Of a DNA stretch of 64,000 nucleotides, positions 28,605 to 40,700 are shown piece after piece. Position 1 is the first letter of the stretch. The number at the start of each line of letters is the position of its first letter. Source of the stretch: Prevotella sp. (GTDB lineage Bacteria > Bacteroidota > Bacteroidia > Bacteroidales > Bacteroidaceae); assembly GCA_051878715.1 (NCBI GenBank), contig JBJEKQ010000070.1, positions 2,420 through 66,419 of the forward strand, in the 5' to 3' direction. The notes under the pieces were generated by a model. It made no database searches, had not been told where the DNA came from, and saw only the letters and a program-made list of their open reading frames with translations. The translations under genes and the position numbers were made by a program.

Positions 28605-31600
28605 TTAGAGATTGATTTTCAGACCACAGGTAATGGTACGTCCCTGTGCCAAGGTACCGGTATCGATGCCTTGATAGTAGGCGCTGTTGCCCACACTGAA
28701 CTCAGGATCCAGACCCGTGTATTTGGTCAAGGTCACCAAGTTGCCGGCTTCTGCCCAGATGGTGAGTCCCTGCAGCCATGTCCATGAACCGGGTACCGGA
28801 ACACGGTAGGACAACGTGAGGCTCTTCAGACGGATATAACTGCCGTCTTCTATCCACCGGTCGCTGAAGCGGTTGTTGTTCATGGGATCCCCATATACGG
28901 CACGGGGCAAATCGGTCTGCTGACCCTCATAGCGCCAGCGGTTCACCTCAGCCACCTGCTGGTTGTACAGGGTGCTGCCTGAGTTGAGGATGCTGCGCTG
29001 ATAGTTATACACGTCGTTGCCGAGGCTGTAGTTGATGCCGAAACTCAAGGTAAGGTTCTTCCAGTTGATGGAGCCGAAGATGTTACCGTAGATATCGGGG
29101 TTGGGGTCACCAATCACAGTGCGGTCCCTATCATTGATTTCCCCGTTGCCGTCAATATCCACAAAGTGTACGTCACCCGCCTTGAAATACTGGGGCTCGT
29201 CTGTCTCATCTTTCATGTACAGATAGTTGCCGTTACCGGCTGCCTTTGCCTCTGCATCGGTGGAGAACACGCCGGCAGTCTTGTAGCCATAGAACAATCC
29301 CATGGCATTGCCTTCAGAGGTGAGCAGGCTGGCGCCATACACATTGGTCTCGAACGAACCGTCAGGCAACTTGGTAATCTTGTTCTTGTAGTGTCCTACG
29401 CTGGCACCTATTTCCACGTTCCAGTCTTTAGTCACCACGGGCTTGGCAGTGAACGACACCTCATAACCGGTATTCTTCAACTCTCCACCGTTGCTCCAGT
29501 ACTTGTTGATGCCTGATACAGGAGAAGAGAAATTCTGCAGGGTAAGCAGGTCCTTGGTCTTATGGATATAGTAATCCACACTCACACCCAAACGGTTGTT
29601 GAGGAAGCGTCCCTCCAGTCCCACATTCCACTTGGTGGTTGTCTCCCACTTAATCTTGTCATTACCTATATTGGTAAGTTGCAGACCCGTCTTGTTGGAC
29701 GTGAAGCGCACAGGACTGTAGAATGTCTGGGCGGCATAGTTGTTGATGTCATCATTGCCGCTCATGTCAAAACCGGCATTCAGACGCAGGTAGTTGATGG
29801 CAGAAGTTTTGGGGAACCACGACTCGTTGGTCATCACCCAGCCCAACTGCACACTGGGATAAAGTGCCCAGGTAACGCCGAACATTTTCAATCCGTCGGC
29901 ATCCTCTCCGAAGCGGCTGTTGGCTTCTCCCAGCAGCGAGAGGGTGGCAAAGTAGCGGTTCTTATAGTTGTAATCCACCGTGCCGTACCACTGGATGTAC
30001 TTCCAGGTTTCATTGATACCATCGGTAGCACCCGGCTTAGCCAAGGTTGGGTTTTTGTCGTCAGTCTGACCGGTGTACTCGGTGGTAAGATTGTTCATGT
30101 CATACGAGAAGTAGTTGTAGCGATAACCCACCGTGGCATTGATAGAATGCTCATTGATCAGTTTGCTGAAGTTACCGAAGCCACTCACCATGAAGTTGTT
30201 TTCCTGCGCAGTGAGCGAACCCACCTTAGAGGTCACAGTCTTCAGGTCCTGGATATAGAAGGGAGGCACTCCCTCATAGGGACGGTAGTAGCGCTGAGTG
30301 TTTCGGTTGAGCAGATAAGATACGTCAAGTCCCACCTTGAAATACTTCTTGAAGGTATAGACAGGTGCCACATGTATCATGAAGTTGGTGTTCTGCAAGG
30401 TGTTCTTGTTGTTGTCTTCCGCATTGTAACCGTTCTCCAGAATCGCCATGGGGTTTGCCAAGGAATACTTGTACGGATTTTTTGAATCAATCTGACTGAA
30501 GATGTCATCATAGTCACTCAGCAGACTGGTGAAGCCGTTCACCACCTTGTTGTACTGATACACGCTGAGCAAGGGTGACTTAATCATGGCAAGGTTGGCA
30601 GGCGAGGTGATGGTTCCTTTGGAAAAATCAGAGGGGAAGCCGCTGTCAAAGAGTTCGCTGTTGGTACGCGCCACAGAGATGTCAAACTTGGTATTCAGGT
30701 TTCTGAACACCTCGATATCGGTGTTGAAACGCAGGTTCATGCGGTCAAAGCCGGTGTTCTTCAGTGTTCCCTCGGCGTCCATGTATCCCACGGAGAGGTT
30801 ATACATACCCACATCGTCACCACCCTGCACATTGATGCTGTAGTTCTGGGTCAGTGTCTCGTGATAGACCTCATCCTGCCAGTTGGTGTTGTTGTGGTAC
30901 ATATTGTAATAGTATCCGTCGGGATTGTCGTCAAGGAAGCGGAAATCTACCTTCCTGTTCTCCATTTCGCTCATGGTACCAATCATCTCGGTAGCATAGG
31001 AGCGGAATTGCGAAGCGTCCATCATGGTGAACTTCTTGGGAACGAAGTTCACACCCACCGACACGTTGGCATCGATGCGCGTTGCCATGCTCCTGCCACG
31101 CTTGGTGTCAATCAGGATGACACCGTTGGCACCACGTGAACCATACAGGGCAGTGGCGTTCTTCAACACGGTCACCTTCTCGATATCATCGGTAGAGATG
31201 TTGGAGAGCATGTTGTTGAAATGGCCGTCGTGCAGTGAGGTACGGTTGCGCTGCATGTCTATCTCCACACCATCCACGATGATGAGGGGCTGTGAAGTGC
31301 CGTTGATGGAGTTGTAGCCGCGGATAAACATGGCTGCACCGTCGTTGAGTGCAGCAGAGCGCATGATGGTACGCACATCGCCACCCAGTTTGTTGCCAAT
31401 CTCCTGGTCAACGGAGGGGGCTGTCTGTGTCACTGTCATCTCGCGTTTGGCGGTAATGTCGGTGCCCTTGCCATACATGGGCAGGAACTTGTCGCTCAGC
31501 ATCTCGATGCGTACCAGCCGCGTGGAGTCATAGCCTGCCACAGCCACCTGCTGTGACATGTAAGCATCGGAGTGTACATACAGAGCTGTGGTGTGCTGGG

Positions 31601-31829
31601 GCACCTTGATGGTAAACTTGCCGTCCTCATCGGTCATGGCTGTATATCTGCGGTTGCCCAAAGCCTGCAACTGGATACCCGCCAAAGGAGCCTTTGAAGC
31701 ATGATCCACCACTTTACCTTTCAGCGTTTTGTTTTGTGCCATAGCCGGCATTGCAGCAGCGATGGCGAGGGTGCAAACAGCAAGTCTGAGACTTGATTTT
31801 CGCAGGTTGGTAAATATTGTGTTTCTCAT
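28605..31829 (-). CDS. SusC/RagA-family TonB-dependent transporter
   Basis: IRGYNSING..PLIIVDG, LKNATALYGSRGANGVILIDTKRG, IKWETT, GDPNPD, RWIEDGSYIRLK motifs. Confidence 0.95.
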   Translation of the reverse strand: MRNTIFTNLRKSSLRLAVCTLAIAAAMPAMAQNKTLKGKVVDHASKAPLAGIQLQALGNRRYTAMTDEDGKFTIKVPQHTTALYVHSDAYMSQQVAVAGYDSTRLVRIEMLSDKFLPMYGKGTDITAKREMTVTQTAPSVDQEIGNKLGGDVRTIMRSAALNDGAAMFIRGYNSINGTSQPLIIVDGVEIDMQRNRTSLHDGHFNNMLSNISTDDIEKVTVLKNATALYGSRGANGVILIDTKRGRSMATRIDANVSVGVNFVPKKFTMMDASQFRSYATEMIGTMSEMENRKVDFRFLDDNPDGYYYNMYHNNTNWQDEVYHETLTQNYSINVQGGDDVGMYNLSVGYMDAEGTLKNTGFDRMNLRFNTDIEVFRNLNTKFDISVARTNSELFDSGFPSDFSKGTITSPANLAMIKSPLLSVYQYNKVVNGFTSLLSDYDDIFSQIDSKNPYKYSLANPMAILENGYNAEDNNKNTLQNTNFMIHVAPVYTFKKYFKVGLDVSYLLNRNTQRYYRPYEGVPPFYIQDLKTVTSKVGSLTAQENNFMVSGFGNFSKLINEHSINATVGYRYNYFSYDMNNLTTEYTGQTDDKNPTLAKPGATDGINETWKYIQWYGTVDYNYKNRYFATLSLLGEANSRFGEDADGLKMFGVTWALYPSVQLGWVMTNESWFPKTSAINYLRLNAGFDMSGNDDINNYAAQTFYSPVRFTSNKTGLQLTNIGNDKIKWETTTKWNVGLEGRFLNNRLGVSVDYYIHKTKDLLTLQNFSSPVSGINKYWSNGGELKNTGYEVSFTAKPVVTKDWNVEIGASVGHYKNKITKLPDGSFETNVYGASLLTSEGNAMGLFYGYKTAGVFSTDAEAKAAGNGNYLYMKDETDEPQYFKAGDVHFVDIDGNGEINDRDRTVIGDPNPDIYGNIFGSINWKNLTLSFGINYSLGNDVYNYQRSILNSGSTLYNQQVAEVNRWRYEGQQTDLPRAVYGDPMNNNRFSDRWIEDGSYIRLKSLTLSYRVPVPGSWTWLQGLTIWAEAGNLVTLTKYTGLDPEFSVGNSAYYQGIDTGTLAQGRTITCGLKINL

Positions 31830-31830
31830 T

Positions 31831-33723
31831 TTAGTTCTCTTTTCTCTGTTCAATAAGTTCTACGGGTACCATCAGGATGTTGGCTATACGCCAGTTAGGG
31901 GTATATTTCTTCATCGCTGCAGCATTGGTAGGCAAATACGGTATTCTCAGTTTCAGGTTAGGCACTGCCATGGAAGATGCAGAGACATAATCTATCTGGT
32001 TGATACCGCTTCCCGGCACATACACCTGATTCATATAAGAAACGGGGAAGGTAAAGTCTCCCAGACAGATAGTGTCTATCTTGGTAGAATCGGAGATGAA
32101 GCCGAAAGTTGTCTTCTGTGCGTTCGTTATACCCTCACCGGTAGATTTGAAGGCTATTTCCATTCCCGCGAGTGCGGTGGCATCGTCTTCTGACACGCTG
32201 GTATTGCCTGCACTTGAGGTAAAGTAGTGGTAGGCTATCTCACCCTTGGCATTACAGTAAGACAAGGTGGCGTAGAAGTAGGCGGGCCTGGCTGTAGAAA
32301 CCATCACGCCATCCACCTCTATACTGTCCACGTCTTCGGGAGCGTAGGTGTCGCAGTTCATGTCGGCATCTGCAGGCACTACCACCACATAGAATCTGTA
32401 TTTGGTAGAGAGCAGCGGGGGAAGGTTGAACTCCATCCAGCTGTTCACACCCTTCTCGTTGTTACTCTTGATCATGGCAAAGTCGATACCATTGGGATAG
32501 TTGCCGTACTTGGGGTTGACGGAGCTGGCACTCACACGAGAGGACTTGGCATTCTGGTCACGTGCCACGGCACGGGAAGCCCAAACGGGATTGTACCATT
32601 CCTCGACACGGAAGGCAAGGCTGTCAACCACCAGGCCCCTGCCGTTGCTCATGTTCACCTCAGATACCTTGTAGCCAAGTATATCACCCGGATGCGAGAA
32701 AATGCCTCTGTTAGTACTGTAAAGAGAGTCTGTAGCGCTAAAGGAAGGCTTCTCCAGGCACTTGTTGTACGTATTGTTGTTGCTGTACACCAAATGCCTG
32801 ATCAGATACTGGTGTACCAACGAGTCGGTCAGATAGGTATGGTCTGCAATCGGAGTCGTAGTCTTGATAATGTCTGAAGGTTTGGTCTTTGTTTCTGATT
32901 CACCTAAGTTTTCTCCCACTATCTGCTTCACGTTGAAGTTGAAATAACTCTTAATACGTGCATACGACTTGTCCCAAGCCTCACTGGTAGGCAACAGCAT
33001 GGTGTAGCTACTGTCTTCATTGTCTATCTTGGCATTGAGACCGAGCCGCCCTATCATGGAGTTCTCGATAACCATCACAGAGTCAAGGTAGGTCTGCACA
33101 CCGTTTTCAATAGGTCCCTTCACGGAGTTCTCCTCGTCAAGTACGCTATTTTCATATTTTGCTATGAATTTCGACAGTGAGTCTGTCTCCCTGTTCTGCT
33201 GCATGTATTCATAAAGATTGGGATAGAAAGGTACAGGACTCTTCAATATGTGCAGCAAACCATTTGATCCCGGGATATTGGATTGCTCCAATTCTACACC
33301 TGAGAAGGTAAGCCCACCCTGCGAAGAGAAAGTGTATTTCTTTTCATTGGCAACAAGCACACGGCTGTTGATTTCTCCCGATACACCATAACTGTACTGG
33401 CACAAGTGGTTCTCCACAAACCGCTTGCGGGCAGTGGCACTGTCAGTATTCATCCACTGGGTAGCATCGTAACTTCCATTCAGCGGAGCCCATACAGTAT
33501 AATAACTGGGCGCATTGAGCAATTTGTCATAACCTGTCTTCACAAGCAATGCCTTGAAATCACTCAGGTTTTCCTGCTTGCTGATAGTTTCCCACAGGGT
33601 GACATCAGCAGTAGGCAGGGTGCTCGTCCTGACCTCGTTGTAGTCGTCAAAGTCAGAACAGGATGTGACAGCCAGCGCAAGGGCTGCCATCATCGTGATT
33701 CCTATATATTTCATTTGTTTCAT
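31831..33723 (-). CDS. Fasciclin (FAS1)-domain surface lipoprotein
   Basis: Lipobox VTSC-SDFDD, YTVWAPLN, SNGLLHIL, YTMLLPT, MSNG FAS1 H1/H2 motifs. Confidence 0.85.
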   Translation of the reverse strand: MKQMKYIGITMMAALALAVTSCSDFDDYNEVRTSTLPTADVTLWETISKQENLSDFKALLVKTGYDKLLNAPSYYTVWAPLNGSYDATQWMNTDSATARKRFVENHLCQYSYGVSGEINSRVLVANEKKYTFSSQGGLTFSGVELEQSNIPGSNGLLHILKSPVPFYPNLYEYMQQNRETDSLSKFIAKYENSVLDEENSVKGPIENGVQTYLDSVMVIENSMIGRLGLNAKIDNEDSSYTMLLPTSEAWDKSYARIKSYFNFNVKQIVGENLGESETKTKPSDIIKTTTPIADHTYLTDSLVHQYLIRHLVYSNNNTYNKCLEKPSFSATDSLYSTNRGIFSHPGDILGYKVSEVNMSNGRGLVVDSLAFRVEEWYNPVWASRAVARDQNAKSSRVSASSVNPKYGNYPNGIDFAMIKSNNEKGVNSWMEFNLPPLLSTKYRFYVVVVPADADMNCDTYAPEDVDSIEVDGVMVSTARPAYFYATLSYCNAKGEIAYHYFTSSAGNTSVSEDDATALAGMEIAFKSTGEGITNAQKTTFGFISDSTKIDTICLGDFTFPVSYMNQVYVPGSGINQIDYVSASSMAVPNLKLRIPYLPTNAAAMKKYTPNWRIANILMVPVELIEQRKEN

Positions 33724-33754
33724 ACAAAAGGATTATTTGCGTTTCACTACTCTT

Positions 33755-35881
33755 TTAATACCAGTCTTCCAAATACTGGGTGTTGTCCACGATAGAAGCC
33801 TTGGGCACCAGCTCCACGAAGTCAAGCTGCCATTTCAGGTCTTTGTCGTCAATCACACTCTTGATACGGAACCAATGGTCATCACTCTGGCGATAGGTCT
33901 GGGTGCCCAGCAGCATGCGCAGGGTTGACACACCGTCACCACGGCAGTTAAGGGTCTCGCTGTTGCCGGCAGTGACTCCGGTTCCTCCGAAGAAGCTGTA
34001 CGGACCACGCATATAGCCACGGTTGCGCATGGCAGCATCGGTGGCTATACCTCTGTCATCTTCCTGTGTAAAGTCCACCCATCCAATTAACGGGTCAGTC
34101 TCGTCGATACGTGCATCAAGAGGAATGCCCAGAGCTGTCATCGACTGAGGATTGGGACTGGTGCCAAGGTAGAACTGCATCATGCCGGCATGTGCCATAG
34201 GCGAGTAGAACAGGCGTAGTTCATATTGTCCCGTAGGCACCGGTGGCAGTTTGATTGCCAGGTCGTAGTTGCCCCATCCTTGGAAGGCATCGGTCTGGTA
34301 GGCGCGATACCATCCCTTCACATTGTAGCGCAGCACGGTCTGCTCGGAGAAGCACACCACATTGTCGAAGAAGTCCAAGGGGAAGGCGATACGCACGCCG
34401 TGACCGCCACCGTTCAGGGCACTCACCTCGTTGACACTCATGTAGCGGAAACCGTTGTTAATCAGCTCGGGCAGGAACTCCGACGAGTCGAAGCGCAGAC
34501 GCTCATTGAGCACTTTTTGGGGTACCGCTGCATCATAGCGCAGGATGTCTTTGATGGGATGGATATAGCCATTAAGTGCCATCACATCCTCACGCACAAT
34601 CTCCACACCATCCTGTATAATACCGTGCATACTGTCAGAACCCATAGAGCCTATCTCATCGGTCAGCGTGTTGTTCTCGATGGCACGGTTGATGAAGAGG
34701 CGCTTGCCCAACTTGTTGCTGGGGTTCCATATTTTCATCAGAGTACCAGGCAGCATGGTTTCGTAATAGTCGTAGGGCTCACCGCCATTGCAGTAGTTCC
34801 ACAACAGTCCTGCAGGAGGCGTGGCACCACCTGAGCGACGCTCATACACCAACTGGTCGCTTGCCATCTTGGCATACAGGATATGATAAGCCACAAACAT
34901 GTTGAGCGTGTTGAAACGATTGGTGTAGTCAGTACCCGTGGAGATGGTGATACCCTTCTCACGAGGATAGTCATACCAGTCATCGGCATTGCCATACCAT
35001 TCCTTGCACTTCTCTATCAAATCTTCTATACTTTCGATGCCTTCTTTGGCCTTGAACACCGCATCCGTTTCTGCAAAGATGGTATAGCCCAGCTGGCATT
35101 CCTTGGGCCAATAGCACTCTGCATTGTCAGCCATATTATCGTAGTAGTCGGTGATGGAATACTGGATATTCTGACCGGTCTCATCAGTCTTGTAAGTCTT
35201 TGACACAGAGTCTGCCAAGCCAGTCAGCTCCAATGCCTGGGCAAAGATAGTGTAATCCTTCAGACGAGCCAGTCGGTCACCCATTTTCATGGTATTCTTG
35301 GGGATTACGTTGTCCAGCACATAGAGATAGCCATTGTTGGTCTCTATCTCTCCGATGGTCTTGTCACTGTCATAAATCAGTGCCTTGCCGTTAATCTGCA
35401 CCAGTCCGCTTTTGTCGTCGTTACCTATAGAGATAGGCATCTTCAACATCGTGGTCTTGGAACCCTGAAGCTCCACCATAGAGACGGGAGAACCCACGAT
35501 ATGGTAGAGGGCGATGTCGTTGCAAAGACTGTCGGTCAAGCCCTCCAAGGAGTTGGAAGTCATGCCATTGTGCAGCAGATTGTTGTCGCCATCTACAGAC
35601 AGTTCATCGGTGTAGAGACTGTCGATATACGCCTGTATTGCTTCGTTGGTAGGTGCAAAACAGGTCACTTGCTCATAGGCGTCAAGCACACGGTCCATAC
35701 CCGAACGCTGCAGGATATAGTTGAACGAAGAAAGATTCTCCCTTTCGTCGATAGCCATTCCCAGCGTTTGCTTCACGGAATTGAATCGGTTTGACTCGTC
35801 GGGTTCAGGATTACAACTCACCAAGCCGAGTACCATCACCGCCATTCCGAGCATCCATGATTTGTTGTTCTTTATGTTCAT
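33755..35881 (-). CDS. Fasciclin (FAS1)-domain surface lipoprotein
   Basis: Lipobox LVSC, VTCFAPTNEA, YHIV, NNGYLYVLDNV, YTIFAETD, NGYIHPIKDIL. Confidence 0.88.
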   Translation of the reverse strand: MNIKNNKSWMLGMAVMVLGLVSCNPEPDESNRFNSVKQTLGMAIDERENLSSFNYILQRSGMDRVLDAYEQVTCFAPTNEAIQAYIDSLYTDELSVDGDNNLLHNGMTSNSLEGLTDSLCNDIALYHIVGSPVSMVELQGSKTTMLKMPISIGNDDKSGLVQINGKALIYDSDKTIGEIETNNGYLYVLDNVIPKNTMKMGDRLARLKDYTIFAQALELTGLADSVSKTYKTDETGQNIQYSITDYYDNMADNAECYWPKECQLGYTIFAETDAVFKAKEGIESIEDLIEKCKEWYGNADDWYDYPREKGITISTGTDYTNRFNTLNMFVAYHILYAKMASDQLVYERRSGGATPPAGLLWNYCNGGEPYDYYETMLPGTLMKIWNPSNKLGKRLFINRAIENNTLTDEIGSMGSDSMHGIIQDGVEIVREDVMALNGYIHPIKDILRYDAAVPQKVLNERLRFDSSEFLPELINNGFRYMSVNEVSALNGGGHGVRIAFPLDFFDNVVCFSEQTVLRYNVKGWYRAYQTDAFQGWGNYDLAIKLPPVPTGQYELRLFYSPMAHAGMMQFYLGTSPNPQSMTALGIPLDARIDETDPLIGWVDFTQEDDRGIATDAAMRNRGYMRGPYSFFGGTGVTAGNSETLNCRGDGVSTLRMLLGTQTYRQSDDHWFRIKSVIDDKDLKWQLDFVELVPKASIVDNTQYLEDWY

Positions 35882-35921
35882 AATATAACTATTGTCAGAA
35901 ATTTAACTTCATTCAATCCAT

Positions 35922-37736
35922 TTACTCTGTAAACTCATCCTGGTACATCGGGTTCTGATGCAGCCATTCACGAGCTGTGAGAATATCCCTGTGGGGAACG
36001 GGCAGGTAGAGCCTTGGCTCTTCCTTCATCTTGTTGGTACGTGCAGAGGCATTTCCTTCCGTATATCTGCTTTGGATAATCTGCAGGAAATTGTCATAAC
36101 TCTCCATGTACTTTCCGTCCTGGTCCACCATCATCACATGATACTGGCAGGGAGTATCCTGATGGCGGTAGTTGTATCTCAGCAGGTCGAACCAGCGCTT
36201 GCCTTCATAGCAGAGTTCACGCTGACGTTCCTGCAGCACCAGTTCTTCCATCTTGGTTTTGTTCTTGTAGGCATTCCAGCGGAGAGAGTCACTTGCCCAT
36301 GCACTTTCGTCGAGCGAACGGGTGTTCACCTCCCACACCATATTGAATGCCTGCTGCAACTGCAGCAGTGCCGCATTCTTGGCTGCCACTGCATCCTCAC
36401 CAGTTTCGGTGGAATTAAGGGCTGCTTCAGAAGTCATCGCCACCAAAGCCTCCGCCTTCATCAGCATCACGTCAGCCAGGCGGTAGATGATGAAATTCTG
36501 GGCAAATCCCGTATAAGTTCTGCCGACTGCAAGATCGCCCTTGGTTGGCACGGTAGCCAGAGAAGAAGTAAAGAAATCCTGTGCCACCATCTTGCGGATG
36601 GGATAGCCGTCCACTACATCTGTCAGCACGGCATAGGTAGAGTTCCAGTAGCGGTAATCCTTGGTTTTGGCAAAGGGCACCTTCACATCGTTGGATGCCT
36701 GAGTGGTTCCGATGGCGGTTCCCATCTTCTTGGCACCGGTGAGATAGCCCACACCCGAGTTATTGTTGGCATACTTGTTGTAAAGCTGGTTGACAGCCTC
36801 ATTGTATCTTTCCTCACAGAACTGCAACTCAAAAATGCTTTCCTCCGAGCCTCCATTCAAGTTGGCAGCCTTTCCGAACAAGTCTGTGTAACTGTCAGCT
36901 CCGATGGAGGTCAGGTTGGGCAACTTGCTCTCCCTACCGGGCATCACCACCTGAGCAGCCTTCTTGGCATCTATCACCTTGTCGGCATAGGCAACGGCAG
37001 CCTGATAGTCCGACTGGCTGTGGGTCACAGAACCCCTCCACAGATAGATGTCTGCCAGCATGGCATGGATGGCATCAAGGGTGATATAACCCTTGGCCTT
37101 CCATCCTGTGAGTTGTGAGGATAGGGCATTCTTGGAAGCCTCTTCCAAATCGTTGATACAGTATTGCAGCACCTCTGTAGGAGGCAACTGTTTGATAACC
37201 ATATCCTGTGTACTGTTGAGGTAAGCCACGTTGGTGTAAGGCACGTCACGGAAGGTCCTTACCAGGTAGAAGTAGCAGAGGGCTCGCAATGCCAGCATCT
37301 GTGAACGGTCGGTCTGGTAGTCACCATCGGTGTAGTTGGGGTCGATGTTGCGCACATTGCCTGCCTTCTCCAGCACGATATTGCAATAGTTGATGACCGT
37401 GTAGAACGAAGCCCATTCCGCAAACATATTAGTCGTTTCTATTGCCACTTCCTCTATCTGGCTCAATGCCACGCGGGTGGTGTTGGTTCCGGAAATCTCG
37501 GAGGTGGTGGCAATCATCTCGTCAGAGCGGAAATCACCCCATACTATCAGGCGCTTCACAACATCAGCCTTGGCAAACTGGTTATAAGCGCCGTTCACCA
37601 TCTGCGACACGTCGCTCTTCGACTGCCAGAAGTCCTCCTCTACGGTCTTGTCGTTGGGCAGCAACTCCATGTCCATACAGGAAGCCAGCAGCATGGTGCC
37701 TATGATCATTGAAAAAAACTTTTTCATGCTTTTCAT
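35922..37736 (-). CDS. RagB/SusD-family nutrient uptake lipoprotein
   Basis: Lipobox LASC, FYTVINYCN, ALRALCYFYLVRTFRDVP, YRLADVMLMKAEA, ERQRELCYEGKRWFDLLR. Confidence 0.95.
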   Translation of the reverse strand: MKSMKKFFSMIIGTMLLASCMDMELLPNDKTVEEDFWQSKSDVSQMVNGAYNQFAKADVVKRLIVWGDFRSDEMIATTSEISGTNTTRVALSQIEEVAIETTNMFAEWASFYTVINYCNIVLEKAGNVRNIDPNYTDGDYQTDRSQMLALRALCYFYLVRTFRDVPYTNVAYLNSTQDMVIKQLPPTEVLQYCINDLEEASKNALSSQLTGWKAKGYITLDAIHAMLADIYLWRGSVTHSQSDYQAAVAYADKVIDAKKAAQVVMPGRESKLPNLTSIGADSYTDLFGKAANLNGGSEESIFELQFCEERYNEAVNQLYNKYANNNSGVGYLTGAKKMGTAIGTTQASNDVKVPFAKTKDYRYWNSTYAVLTDVVDGYPIRKMVAQDFFTSSLATVPTKGDLAVGRTYTGFAQNFIIYRLADVMLMKAEALVAMTSEAALNSTETGEDAVAAKNAALLQLQQAFNMVWEVNTRSLDESAWASDSLRWNAYKNKTKMEELVLQERQRELCYEGKRWFDLLRYNYRHQDTPCQYHVMMVDQDGKYMESYDNFLQIIQSRYTEGNASARTNKMKEEPRLYLPVPHRDILTAREWLHQNPMYQDEFTE

Positions 37737-37739
37737 GTT

Positions 37740-40700
37740 TTAGAATCCTATGTTAATACTTGCTGTAAACTCCTTGGAGCGCGGTGTCTTGTTGTCGTAA
37801 GCGGGGTTATACATCGAAGCCGAGAACTCGGGGTCGATACCGCTGTACTTGGTCCAGCAATACAGGTTGTTCATGGAAAAATACATCTGCAGCTGGTTCA
37901 AGCCCAGACTCTTAATCATCTTCTTGGGGAAGTTGTAGGAAATCTGCAGGTTCTGGAATCTCAAGAAGGAGCCGTCTTCCACATAACGGTCAGAACCACA
38001 CCAGTTGTAGGCGGTGTTGTACATGGCACGCGGCATGGGGGTCACATCACCGTCCTTACGCCAGCGGTAGTTCACAGAGGCACACTGGTTGTAGGTATCA
38101 TACATCTTTTCGATGTTCATGCGTGCCTGGTTGATGACCTTCACGCCGAGACGATACACGAAACGTCCCTTCACGCTGAAGTTGCCGTATTTCAGGGTGA
38201 GGTTGAAACCTCCCTGCACCTTCGGCTGTGAGTTGCCGAGATACACGATATCCTGCTCGTTGATGTTACCATCGTGGTTGATATCCTCGTAGATGGCATC
38301 ACCACCCTGGAATACATACTTCTCGGTATTGGCATCCTGATAGTCGAACTTCATACGCATGGGCTTACCCGTCTGACGGTTCATCAGCACCTTGCCGTTG
38401 GCATCGGTCACCACAGGGAAGGTGGCACCCTCTGCCAGGCGCTGGTTGATGTACTGCTCATATTCGGTGTCGCTCCATCCGTTTTCCTTGCGCATGTTTT
38501 CCAAGTATTCGTAAGTATATTGGTAAACACCCTTATAGCGGAAGCCATAGATGGAACCGAGGGCGTTGCCCACCTTGACACGAGTCACGTACGTACCCAG
38601 CGCACTGCCAGAATCCCAGGGAGCATTCATACCGTCGAGCACAGTCTGATCCATTTCAGTCAGTTCGTTGGCATTCTGTGCGATGTTGAAGCCAAGGCTC
38701 ATGGAGAACTTGCCTTTCTGGATGAAGTTGCGGGCGTTCAGGTTCAACTCCCACCCCTTGTTCACCAACGTACCGCAGTTTTTCATGCTCATGCTGGCGA
38801 AACCGGTCATTGACGGGATGTTGTAGTTGTTCATGATGAGGTCGGTTGTCTTCTTGTAATAGTAGTCAAAATCAACCTCAAACATATTGTTCAGCAAACC
38901 GATATTGAAACCCAGGTTATACTCCTGACTCTTTTCTGCCGTGAGGTCATCCAGTTTCAAGGCACTCAAGACTGCAACAGGCATGGATGTCGAAGTCTGT
39001 CCGTAAGCCACATTGGGGAAAGAGTTGGAGTTGGTAGTGTACATGTTATAGAACAGGTAGTCCTTGTTCGGTTCACGGTAGTTGACACCCCACTCAGCAC
39101 GAAGACTCAACAGTGACAACCATTTTTCGAATGACTTCATGAAGGGTTCCTCGCTGATGTTGTAGCGCAGAGACACACTGGGAGAGTACAGCCATTTCTT
39201 GGCAGGCCCCAGGCGTGAGGTTCCGTCCATACGCAGGTTGAAGTTCAAGGAGTAGCGTTCCTTGTACGACAGGAAACCATAGAACAAGGCATTCTGTGAG
39301 TTTCTGCGGCTGGTAGAAGAAGAGAGCTTGGCATTGGTATCCTCCAAATTGGCCGACACTGTAGGCGACAAGATACCAGTAGGCAACTCCAGCATTTTCA
39401 CATACTGGTCGTTGTAGCGCTGTGTTTCCATTTCATAACGTGCCATCAGCTGTCCATTCCAGTCATCACTTCCAAAATACGGGGTATAGGTCAAATCCAC
39501 CCTGCCATTCACCTTGAAACGGTTGGTTTCTGTATTGTCACTCACGTTGTAAGTGCCTGGAGAGGTCCATGTGTTGGTGCTGAGCGCAGCAGGCAGGTAA
39601 GAGGGTGAACTATTGGCATAGATATCAAAATAGACACGACCGTTGAATGTGAGGCGGTGCTGCCCCTCTTCGATGCCAAGCAGTTCATATTTCAGGTTGA
39701 AGTCAGGGGTCAGACGGTAGGTCTTTTCCTTTGCCCAGGCCATGTTGGCAATGGCAACGGGATTGCCCAAGTCGCGGACAGCCCCCAGATCATAAGACGA
39801 ATAGTTGCCCGTAGTAGGGAACTTGGTACTGGCAGGTTTCATGGGATCCTGACCTTTGGGGTTCATGATGAAATACTCATCGGTATCGTTGCCATACTGG
39901 TCCTGACGATATACCGACATGTTGGGAGCCAAACGCTGTGCGATGGTAATTAAATCCAATTTATTATTAGGATCCTTGTAGTTCTTCTGGTTGTTGGTAT
40001 AGGTCAAGGCGAAGTTGGTAGTGAACAATATTCGGTCACTCACGTTGAAGTCGAGTGCCAAACGGGTGGTAAAGCGGTCAAACACCTGCTTGATGATGGT
40101 ACCAGTCTGGTGCATGTAGCCTGCACTGATGCGGAAGCGTGCTTTCTGTCCACCACCCGAGAGGTTGACAGACCAGTCGTGCTTCTGTCCGAACTGCTGT
40201 ACCTGATCCACCCAATCGGTGTTGTTGTTCCAGTTCTCCGACTCTGCCCACTTGTCACCGAGATAGTTTAACTCAGAGAGGGTTGAGGTGCGGTTGCCCT
40301 GCTGCTGCGGGTTGTAGAAGGCCTCCTTCATCAGCATGGTGTAGTCATCACCATTAAGCAGGTCATACCCCTTGGCAGCCCATGTTCCCGAGAACTTATA
40401 AGAGAAGTTCACCTTGGTCTTACCGCGGGCACCACGCTTGGTGGTAATCTTGATTACGCCGTTGGAACCCTTGCTACCCCAGACAGCCTTGGCGGCAGCA
40501 GATTTCAGCACAGTGATGCTGGCGATATCCTCCACATTCACAGAGAGCAGAGAGGCATATTTCTCTTCATCGGCATTGGCAGCATCAAAGTCCTCGGGAG
40601 TATCGAAAATCTGGTCGTCCACCACAATCAGGGGCTGGTCATCGCCGTTGATGGTGGATACACCACGCAGGCGCATGGAGGTACCCGAACCTAAGTTACC